DNA from: Lepidodermella squamata
Taxonomy: Eukaryota; Animalia; Gastrotricha
Length of the DNA: 64,000 nucleotides
Reading direction: 5' to 3'
Assembly: GCA_047495785.1 (NCBI GenBank)
Contig: JBLDXI010000017.1
Span: forward strand, 62,001 to 126,000
The position numbers and the translations under genes are program-made. Shown one piece after another: positions 29,303-40,092 of the stretch (its first letter is position 1; the number at the start of each line of letters is the position of its first letter). The notes beneath the pieces were generated by a model. The model searched no databases, was not told where the DNA came from, and saw nothing but the letters and a program-made list of their open reading frames with translations.

Positions 29303-32300
29303 TCATTCCGACCCATTTTCAGCGTAGCCCAGGTAAGGTCGCAGCCATTGCTCGACCTCCTCGAATTTCATAGCCTTCCGCGCCGCGTAATCAGCGATTT
29401 GATCACGGGCCAACTTACCCGCTGCAAAGTAATTCGCCTTAGGATGAGCGAAATACAGCCCGCTCACACTGGCAGCCGGGTCCATGGCTAAGGAATCCTG
29501 AACCAGCGTGATGTCAGTGGGTGACCCTAATAGGCGGAACAGGGTCCGTTTTTCAGTATGATCCGGCTGGCTTGGATAGCCAGGGGCAGGTCGAATGCCG
29601 CGGTATTGAACTCGCAGCATTTTCGCAACATCAGTCTCATTCTCTTCCTCAGCAGCATAGCCCCAGAGAGCTGGGTCAGTTCGAACCTAAAGCGAGACTT
29701 TGAATCTAAGGAAGGAAAATTACGCTGCAACCCACCTTAAAATGCAGAAATTCAGCAAAGGCCTCCGCGAGACGATCGGCTAGGGCGCGCAGCATAATCG
29801 CGCTGTAGTCGTCAAAGTGCTTCGACTCGAGTTCCTGAACCTTCTCCGCACAGCCTAGACCAGCGGTAACCGCAAACATACCCACATAATCCGAGCTGCT
29901 GGACGCACCCGCTGGCGCGACCAGGTCCGACAGGCAGACGTACGGCTCCGGGTCCCCTCCACTCATGTCCTTCGCCTCTTGCTGCCGCAAGCCGTAGAAC
30001 GTGCCCACTAGCTCATTCGCGTCATTGTACAGCTGAATATCATCCCCGGTAGAAACAGCACGGTAGAAGGCCACAACGCCAGAGGCCTGCAGCCAATTCT
30101 CGTCGACGATTCTACGAGGCAAGCAAAATATATTACGGCGAGCGGGTGATGTGCTGCGCAAAGTGCGAATTGCTATATACGCGCCGCCAGCTGGACGAAA
30201 TAAACTACTACTACGCCGTGCCTTGAAGCTAACGCAAAAACTACACACCGTGATATGCTGAGTACTTTTGCTTTCGCTGGCCTGCCTCCGTATGCTGCCA
30301 TACTGTGCGCGATGCTGTACTCACGCATACGAAAGGTACACGTATATACACACATCGCAAGTTCTGAGTGCCCGTTTAGCAGCATACTAAAATGAGCATT
30401 TTCCTCGCGTATAAATATAACCATATACGTTTTTCTCCTGTTGCCGTTTCTTGCATTCATTTACCTACTGTTTCTACCTATGCTCGAAAAAATGAGCATA
30501 ATCAAGCTGAAACTAAACGGCACCGTGCGAGTTGTCCATCTCGAGGACGCGAAAATCGAAAATCTCTACAGCAGAGCTAGAGAAGAGTTCGAAACAGATG
30601 CTAGTCTCAATTTCACCTGGAGTACGTTTTTTATTTAAATCAAGTCTCATCGCTATTATTTTAATCAATTTTTAGTGTCAGATGGAGATTTGATTCCGAT
30701 CGATAACGACAGGAATTTGCACGCAGCACTAAAAGCAGCAACCTTAATGAACACGATTTTAAGACTTGAAGTTTCTGTGTGCATCAATCAACCAGAAACA
30801 GTGTTCCCAGAGCAACAAACCCCACTGCAGCTAACGTTAGATGAACCTGTTGAGGTTAAATCTGAGGATGGTGCTAAGAGGCGAGAAGTCAGAATACGGG
30901 GTCGATTTGCGCCCATCAATGGAGTAATCAAATCATCGCATAAAAAAGGTGAGAAATTAATCAATAAATTATTTTTAAGGCCATATTTTTTGTTTTATTT
31001 TGTAGGTTTGGGTCGAAAATGTCTACGGTGTGACAAACTGCTATGCGATGCAACTTCTTTAAGGCGGCATCTGACTAGCGCATGCTCAGAAGGCCCGCTA
31101 CCCGAGGGCAGCGATCTGGTGATGGACCAGCTTAACAAGTCAAAAGTCGAAGCTAAACGCCGCAGCAAAAAACACATCGCACAGAGCAGTCTAGGGCCAC
31201 TCCTTCTCGCGCAAACAGCGAGTAGCAGTTCATTCTGCTAGCTGCGTCCTTATTTTTCTAAGAATTATTTTAAATAAAACGAAATGAAGAACGTACCTAT
31301 CAAGCATTTTTAGCGCGTCTTCGTGTAGTTTTTTCGCCTCACCACCAACATCAGGGTCGTTGAACAGCTTAGGATAGCCGCGATTCGGGTACTTGCCTCG
31401 CAGCTGCCAAACATCGAAAAACGGCTTCCAATCGATAAAGTCGAACAACTGACGCAGGCCATCAGGACCCTTCACGAGATGATCCACGTTCCTATAGCCG
31501 ATAAAAGCGGGCTTCCTCATGGAGGATAGGCAAGAAAAGTCTAGTTGAAGCTTTTGGCGACGGGCCTCGGTCAGTGAAATCAGTTTTCGCTCGCGAATTG
31601 TAGCCAGGTACTCCTCGCGGATGTCCTGATACTCCAGTACAAGTTCGTCGACCAAATCGTGGTAACGATCCTCGCCAAAGCCTGAAATTAAGGCGGAACA
31701 CACCGGAACGCTGCGAGAAGCGTCCAAAACATGAACAGTCGGCGCAGTTTTGTAGCGAGGGGCGATTTTCACGGCCGTATGTGTTTTCGACGTAGTAGCA
31801 CCCCCAATCAAAAGCGGGACTTTCATGCCCAAACGGGTCAACTCATGGGCGACGTGGCACATTTCATCCAAAGATGGGGTGATAAGACCTGATAGGCCGA
31901 TTACGTCTGCTTTGTGTTCAATAGCTGCGGCGATGATTTTCTCGCAGGGTGTCATAACGCCCAAATCTATGACCTTGTAGTTGTTGCAGCCTAAAACGAC
32001 TGCAACAATGTTTTTTCCGATATCGTGAACATCGCCCTTCACAGTAGCCAAAACAATGACACCAGCATTAGACGCTTCAACAGGCTGAAAGGAAAATATT
32101 TTCTATACATTTTAAAGACGGAACATTAAGAATCTCACCTCGCCATTTTGAGCGCTGTTCTTCTCAGCCTCCAAAAATGGGACCAAATAGCCCACAGCTT
32201 TCTTCATAACTCGGGCGGATTTGATAACCTGAGGCAAGAACATTTTACCAGCCCCGAAAAGATCGCCGACTTTCGACATGCCAGACATGAGTGGGCCTTC

Positions 32301-35300
32301 GATGACTTGCAACGGGCGTTTGTACTTGAGTCGAGCTTCTTCTACATCTTCGTTGATGTGGGATTCAATGCCTTTCAGCAAGGCGTGTTCCAGGCGCTCT
32401 TCGACTGAATTTAAGCGCCAAGCTTCAGCCGCAGCGTCGGTTGTAGCTTTCATTCCAGCGCCTTCTTCTTTAGATAGCGAGTTCGCGTAGACGAGCAGAT
32501 CTTCACCGGCATGTGAGTTTCGGTTCAAAATTACGTCTTCACAGAGTTTCAGCAATTTTGGTTCGATATCAACGTAGAGAGGCAGAGCTCCAGCATTGAC
32601 GATAGCCATGTCCAAACCTAGAAATAAGTTGATTAAGGTACTTCAAAATAAGGCAGGCCTTGGAGAAAAACTCGACTTAACCCAATCAAGCGAAAATCGA
32701 AGTGAAAACTGGTCTTGAATCGATGAAATCTAATTTTCGAATGAATTTCGAATTCAGCTCAAGACTTTCTTTTTTAATAGGCATCATAATGTTCGAAATC
32801 CTCATACTTCAGTTTGTTTTATCAACAATCCCAACAGGCCATAAAATTTCTTCATCCTGAATTCTTCTGCGGCCATATTCCTTTACCAATGCAGGCTGTA
32901 GAACATCAAACGCGTGATTACAGAATTAGCTGCATTCGCCCTTTCATCCGCGTTATCACTGTTGGACAAGGCAATCATTTACCTATCAGTAATTCAAGCC
33001 TTGGATTATTTTTCTGTCAGTCTCTCAGAGCTCATACAAATCTACGCCACACCTTTTGCATAAACTGAAACCCTTTCGCCGAGTCGCTGGATGGCTTAAC
33101 TCTCCCTCGTCGCATCGGCATAATTGCTGTAATCACAGAACAATAACCAACTGATGTATGGGCAGCGGCATCGTGTTTTATCTTCAACTTCGACAAAGAT
33201 GAGTATGATAGGCTGCACACCTGATGTGGAGATTTCTCATTTCTCATTTCAGCACTGAAAAATCTGAAGTTGTCGTTCCTTTATTTGCGATTCAGGGCAA
33301 TGTTTCAAGATAGGATCGAGCGGTGTTGTACTCGCTGCCCAGAGAATCATAAGGGATTCATCACTTATCCTCATTTAGTCATCACGATCCACATCGTCCA
33401 CCACCTTTTATCGCTGTGGAACATCTCGATTTGCTGAATCCATTGTCGATCTTTGTAATTAGTCAACTTTGTAAGTACTGTTTAATGGCACTGTGTTGCA
33501 GAAGAAGAACATAACACTGGCTCTGCCCGTCGAGAACGGATCTTGCAGACTAACGATCTGGGAGAAGGACATCAATCGCCTTGGCATCTCGCCACTGGTA
33601 GAAGGGGTCCATATGATAGCTATCAAAGACAGTCACGTACAACTCAAGAACGGCAACATTACCATGTCAACAGTGTATCCGGTACAAACGCTGTTTGCCC
33701 ATTTTTAATCCTACAAGAAGCATGAGAGGCTTTTCTTCCAGCGATCTTCGAATAAGCAATAGGCAGTTGCCATCTTTTACTCGCAATTATAATTTGCCAA
33801 TTCGAGTTAATCTGAGTTAATCTGAGTTAACAACACGGGATGATAACTCATCGCCGAACCCAACTTAGATCTGGCTACAGATCTGGCCGGCCCAAAATTT
33901 TCGATTATAGCTGTCTTGGGCTGCAATTGAAGCTCAGGTGGGGATGTTCGTGCAAAACTATTCAAGGCAATTCATATTAGCTACGACGATCGCATGTGCC
34001 CAGAAAATTACTACACTACCCGTAAAAACTGCTAGCCTGGATTACCGCTTTTCGATAAAATGTCTCGGAAAATCCAAAACAAACGATTGGGAACTGGTTC
34101 GGCGATTTTTGGTATTTAGCTTAGTTGGATCGAATTTCCTCGGATTTTTTAAGAAATTGATATTTTTCAGACCATGCTTTAAAATTTTCTGCGTATTTCT
34201 CGTGCATTTTTCTGATTTTTATGTCGTGCTACTAACTGCGTCTTTCAAATAAATTAAAATTAAGCAAAGCAAAACAAACCTGCTTTTATGGCGTGGTACA
34301 GGAACACGCTGTGCATAGCTTGACGAACAGCCTCCAATCCACGGAACGAAAACGAGAGATTCGACACACCCCCAGACACGCGGCAGCCCTTCAACCGGCG
34401 TTTAATCTCCTTGGTAGCCTCAAGATACGACACCGCATAATCGTTATGCTCTTCAATACCCGTCGCAATCGTCAAAATATTCGGATCGAATATAATATCA
34501 GTCGGATCGAAACCAGCTTTTTCGGTCAACAGCTTGAAAGCTCGCTCACAAATCGCAACTTTTCGCTCGAGCGACGTAGCCTGGCCCTCTTCATCAAACG
34601 CCATAACCACAACAGCCGCACCGTATCGACGAACGAGCCGCGCTTTCGCCAGAAAATCAGCCTCGCCTTCCTTCAAACTCAAGCTATTGACAATACATTT
34701 ACCCTGGGCGCATTTCAGCCCAGCTTCGATAACGCTAAACTTCGAAGAGTCGACGCAAAGCGGAACCCGGGCGATATCCGGCTCGGCTTGGATGAAATTG
34801 ATGAAACGAGCCATGGCGGCAGCGCCGTCTAGCATGGCCTCGTCGAAATTCAGATCAATAACCTGCGCGCCGTTTTCAACCTGTTGCCTCGCAATGACGA
34901 GAGCCTCCTCAAATTTACCCGCCTTAATCAAATTCGCGAATTGACGAGACCCGGAAACGTTACACCGCTCGCCGATATTCACGAATAGCGTGTCTTTCCC
35001 GATACGGAATGGCTCTAGGCCGGAAAGCAACAGGTGACCCGGGTAGATTGAGCCTGGTTCCGGCAGTTTTCTCGGAGCGATTTTCGCCATTTCATCCGCG
35101 ATTGCTTTAATGTACTCAGGGCCCGTGCCGCAACAGCCTCCTACGATATTTATCAACCCATCTCTGGCGAATTCGCTCAATTTTGCCGCCATTTGAGCCG
35201 GAGTTTCGTCGTATGCGCCCATAGCATTCGGCAGACCGGCGTTAGGGTAGCACAAAACGTAGTTTGAAGTGTTTTTCGACACCATTTCAACAAATGGACG

Positions 35301-36958
35301 CATTTCATGGGCGCCTAGAGCGCAATTTAGGCCAATGCAAAGTGGGTCAGAATGCGAGACTGAAATTACAAAGGCGTCTGTAGTCTGCCCGGACAACGTT
35401 CTGCCACTTTTGTCGACAATTGTGCCCGAAATGAAGACAGGAATGTCGCCATACGGCGATTCCGGGTCGTCCAGCACGCTTCGAACCGCGAATAACGCTG
35501 CTTTTGAGTTCAACGTATCGAAAATTGTTTCGACCAATAGAATATCAGACCCGCCGTCTAATAGGCCCTTGACCTGCTCCGTATAGGCGTCGACAATTTC
35601 GTCCCAGGTGCAGGCTCGGTAGTCGGGTCGGCCGACTTGGGGTGAAATTGACAGGGTTTTGTTGGTTGGGCCCAACGCGCCGGCAACATAGCGTTTCACG
35701 CCAGTTTCGCGTTCGACTTCATCGGCGCTTTCTCGGGCGATTTGAGCTGCGACTTTGTTGAGGCGGTAGGCCAAATGCTCGAGGCCGTAGTCGGCTTGCG
35801 AGATTTTCGTTGCGCTGAATGTATTGGTTTCGATTATGTCGGCTCCAGCATTCAAATATGCCTAGAAAAAATCGACAAAATGTTATTTTGAAATTTTTCC
35901 ATCGAATTTAAATTGAATTGAATTTAATTGAATTGAAAGACCTTTTATCCTCGGAAATTTAAAATAGGTTGGGACCCGTATAAAATATAAAATTGTCTTA
36001 AATTTTCGATGGGAATTCCTCCTTAATAACCCACTTGGAACGGAATCAGAACAAAATTTCAAATAATTTATTCGAAGTGCAGTTTCATACATATTTATGT
36101 ATGAAAAAATTAACTTTCATACATATTTTTCTTCATAAAATCGTGTTTTATAGCCAAACTGTGATTAGGAATAGGGGTTAGGGGTTAGGGTTAGGTGCAA
36201 GGGTTCGGGTTCGGGTTAGGTTTAGGGTTTGGTTAGGGTTCAGAATTAAGGTTAGGGTTCAAGTTGCGGGTTTCTACGAAACTCGATTTTTGGGCCCTTG
36301 CGCTTCCCCAATAACCATTTTCATGCGGAAAAAATTGACTGCGCTTTTGGAACCCCGTTTTTCTTTTACATAAACCGAAAACTAGTCATCTGGCATTTCC
36401 CTAATGTTTTCAGCTTGAACTTAATGAAAACAAATATGTATGAAAGTTGGCTCCCTAATTTATTCGTCCAAAACTTCATTTTCTGAATTTTCTGGAATTT
36501 CACGAGTAATTTAAAAAAAATCAAATAAATTGCATTGAAATTCTCCTATAGATTTTCTGCATAAGGCCTGGTCTTCACTTTAGATTCATGATCTAAATTA
36601 AATATTAGAAAATGGCATCTTTCATAATTTTGCCTATTTGGCAGTCAATTTTGGTTCCGAAACGGAAAGCCCCTAAAAGATATTCTAAAAAATAGGCTCG
36701 GACTGAATCTTTTGTTCTGGGAAAATATTTAGAGGAACTCACCTTATGAATTTCTTTGACAATATCAGGACGAGTCAAGACCAGCAAATCGTTGTTTCCG
36801 CGCAAATTTTTCGGATGATCCACGAATTCTTGTCCTCGGAAATCGGCTTCAGTCAAAGTGTACCTCTGGACCATGGTACCCATAGCGCCATCTAATATTG
36901 CGATTCGCTTGTTCAATAGCTCAACGAGCTCTTTGCGGCATGACTTTTTAGTCACCAT
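29303..36958 (-). CDS. MTR: Cobalamin-dependent methionine synthase
   Basis: Six exons (36958-36743, 35861-34280, 32617-32139, 32084-31297, 30111-29736, 29686-29303); LDGAMGT, GGCCG zinc motif, pterin domain NIGERCN, B12 motif GDVHDIG, activation domain GIRPAPGYP. Confidence 0.97.
30492..31241 (+). CDS. PB1-domain plus C2HC zinc-finger protein nested antisense in MTR intron 4
   Basis: Exons 30492-30621, 30676-30948, 31006-31241; N-terminal IKLK and acidic OPCA-like [11 protein letters not shown]; CLRC-x12-H-x4-C finger. Confidence 0.72.
32790..33720 (+). pseudogene. Possible decayed coding sequence in MTR intron 2 (OB-fold-like fragment)
   Basis: Coding-like composition, short frames broken by stops; [11 protein letters not shown] resembles OB-fold [IV]-x-LTLW motifs. 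Weak. Confidence 0.25.
36083..36448. repeat. MITE-like element enclosing a degenerate TTAGGG telomere-like tract (36172-36260), MTR intron 1
   Basis: 17-bp inverted repeat AACTTTCATACATATTT (36112-36128) / AAATATGTATGAAAGTT (36432-36448); internal GGGTTA/GGGTTC hexamers. Confidence 0.7.
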
Positions 36959-37061
36959 TATTTCAGAAAAATAAAATAAATTCAGATCTAAATTCGGGAA
37001 AAAATCAGCAGTTTCAAAATTATATCTCCTCTACTTGCACCTTGGATTTTTCATGAGAAAA

Positions 37062-38153
37062 TTACGAATTTGTGACGGGTTTAACAGGCAAAACAACAAC
37101 AGGTTCGTGGCGCTTCAGTATCAAGCCAACGCGACCTCGTTGCTCGACTCGATCTGGTCGCATTTGGAAGGCCGGAGTAACCCATCGGCCGCATTTGCAT
37201 CGCTCGCCAATCCACGTGAACGAGCCAATTTTCACGCCGCACTTTGCATTCGGGCAATGTAATTTACCGTCATAGGTTAAAATGAAATCAGACATCCACG
37301 GAAGTGGGTCGACGAACAGCGAATCGCGGCAAGGTGTCACCGCATTTTGGCCAAACTCACCCTTGTGGCCTTTTCGCCTTGCTTCTCCAGGTTCTGGAGC
37401 AATAAATGCGATCGGACCTGAAAAATTTATTAAAAAATCCGAATTTTCGGGGGATTAAATTGTCATACCTTTGCCACGTTCATGAGTGACTAAATCTGAT
37501 GTTGAAAATAAGTAATGACCGCAGCTGCAACAGCGATAGGTTTGAGCCTCAGGGTTCTGAGCTTTTTCCTCCTCGGTCAAAACGAAAGCTCGAACAGCAT
37601 GGGAGATGCTCTTATCCTTGGCTTCGCTGCTTTTCGCCAACCATTCCTCCAGCTTCGAACAGTACCACTTTTTACACTCGACATTAACGTCGTCAAATCG
37701 ACAGCCAAATCGTGCGTATAAATGCAGCTGTTCAACAAGCCCATGCATAGAATCAAGGTTAATGCCTGGTATAGCTTTTAAAGCTTCCGCGACCGCCATT
37801 TTTTGAGCCTTCATTAAATATGCAGCTACCAGTGTATCTGCACGTGATTTATAGCCCCATGAATGAATCAGCACAGAGCCATTATTTTCTCCAGGATGCA
37901 GATTTTCGTCAATGAATTTGCAAGCATCGTCAAAATTTGTTATTAATTCCTGGTTATTCGCATCATCTACTTGAATGTGTAACTTAGAAGATCGCTTGCT
38001 GAGTCCAACTTTGTCACCGTGCGACTTCAAAGCCTCTTCAAAATCAGTCGATGAAATTGTAATAATGCCACCGATTGAATGCTTAGTCAACAAATCAGCA
38101 TCCGACAAATCATCAGCGGAACTCAAGTATAATCCAGGTTTAATTTCGTCCAT
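37062..38153 (-). CDS. DUSP12: Dual-specificity phosphatase 12 (Yvh1) homolog with catalytic Cys replaced by Ser
   Basis: Exons 38153-37469 and 37417-37062; DSP domain with HSWGYKSR; C-terminal zinc domain GKLHCPNAKCGVKIGSFTWIGERCKCGRWVTPAFQ typical of DUSP12/Yvh1. Confidence 0.9.
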
Positions 38154-38224
38154 AACAGTTAACTCCCTATGTAAGATCAAATTATTTGGTGAATGGAAAA
38201 TATATTTATTGATTGTATTTTCGC

Positions 38225-39322
38225 TCATTTGTTTGACTTGCCAATGAAGCGAAAAGTATCTCGCATGAATATATAACTAATGCCTGAAATAAATGTGGAA
38301 GCTCCGGTAAAATAGCACAAGCCATCAAGATAAGGATGCCCAACAAATCCGAAAACTGGTGCCGATAGATGAGTAACAATGCAGAGCAGTTGTACGCCAG
38401 TGTTGAGCTGTGTAAGCGACGATAAATATAGAGGTATGCGTTATTGTCGACATACTTACCTTGCTGATTGTCAAAGGTTTCATTTGCACACTTGGTAAGC
38501 CAAAATCAAAGTATCGCGCCAGAGTTTTCTGAAATAACATGTGTTAAGCAAAGTGAACATTTCCAAGTGACCCTGAAATACCGGTGGGGGTAAGGATACA
38601 TATCGGAGGTAGAAAGCACCAACAACAAGGCAGAAGTCACGGAACAATATGAGAGATACCAACCACACTTTTATATCAGAAAAATTAAGTACCGATTTTG
38701 CTATTCTTACATTAAAAATTACCTGGCATCATACTGACGTAAGCCAGCGATATCGATAGTGTTGTCACAAGGACCTTGTCAGCCAAAGGATCCATGGCGC
38801 TACCGATAACTGAACTTTGACCTTTCCAGTTTCTGGCGATGTATCCATCTGCCTATTACGATACAATGTTACGAAGGATTCAGCTTAAAGTTATCAGAAT
38901 TTACCAGATCTGATATGCCAGCTATCGTGAACAAACCGAGCGCGTAAGGAAACGCATCCGTCATAACAAAGTAGCATATTAAAGGCGCTGAAAACAGACG
39001 CCCAAACGTAAGAATATTCGGAATAGTAAAAATTTTGTCAGCCTGAAAAATCCTTGGATATAATGGTAGCAGACTATCAATAAAGACTCACTTCAGCTCG
39101 TTCATTCTTTTGAGGTAAATCTGCGAATGATCGGATCGAAACCGGTGACGTTAAATTTTTCAACAAGCAGTGTCGGGAACGATCAGCAGAGTAAGAGGAT
39201 GGTCGGATGGATTGTTCTTTGTTCTGTGAGCAGAAGGAGAGAGCTTGGAATCGTTGGCTATATTTGGCTGGGATCGACCATCTCAAGGCAGCTTTAAAGC
39301 TGCATCTCGAAGCTAGAGCCAT
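38225..39322 (-). CDS. CRLS1: Cardiolipin synthase (CMP-forming)
   Basis: Mitochondrial-type N-terminus, [16 protein letters not shown]-alcohol phosphatidyltransferase motif DGYIARNW-x7-G-x3-[14 protein letters not shown]; several ~50-nt introns; TGA at 38227-38225. Confidence 0.92.
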
Positions 39323-40092
39323 GACAGTCAACAGAGCAGCAGCTTTCGATAGCACATTTAGCTACGGATTTTGGATTTTGGCCGACAAACCATTCACGTG
39401 ACGTTGAAACCGAGCCCGTCTGGATGAGCACGCTTGCTCCAGAATTTTTGAAATAATTTCCCGCTCATCTTTGACATTAAAAACTATTTAAACCCAAATG
39501 TGGCTTTAAAATTTGTTATAAATTATATTTTGGCATTATTTATTTTTTGTAGTCATAACAACGCGCCGCTTCGACGTCAATCGTCTTCATATTTCCAAGT
39601 TATAAGTGCTGCGTATTTCTCATGTGGAACATGGTCAATGTGAGTTATTCATAACCTCGCAGTCATGATATAACGGCGGATTGATTTGCATTAGAGTATT
39701 GACTGCTCTCAGCCATGCCAACGTTATGCCAAGTGCCACACGCCTTGTATTTTTTATTGGCGATCGGTTGAATAGACGTTTATTTGCAGCTGTGGGGCGC
39801 CGTGCCTATGTTGTTATTTGTTATTATAAACTTTCTTACTATTCGGATTCACTGAATACAGAACTGAATAAGCGCTCCCAGTGAATTTTTATAGCTGTGA
39901 ATGCGGTCTTCTGATAGGAAGGCAACTTGTCACTATAGTTTGTTTTGCGCTATATTGGTATGAAAGACCTGTCTATTAGTTTTGCCCTAGATTTACAGAT
40001 TTGCTGATAAAATTGAAGATTGGATTCTACCCGAGCTGTGAAAATGGAACGTTAGAATACGCTTGAACGCATAATTTAAGTTTTTCTTCCGA

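Noticed and set aside
34293-35586. Long plus-strand ORFs opposite MTR exon 2
   Set aside because: Antisense shadows of a conserved coding exon.
29303-36958. Bacterial metH or horizontal transfer
   Set aside because: Five spliceosomal introns and animal neighbours; MTR is a normal animal gene.
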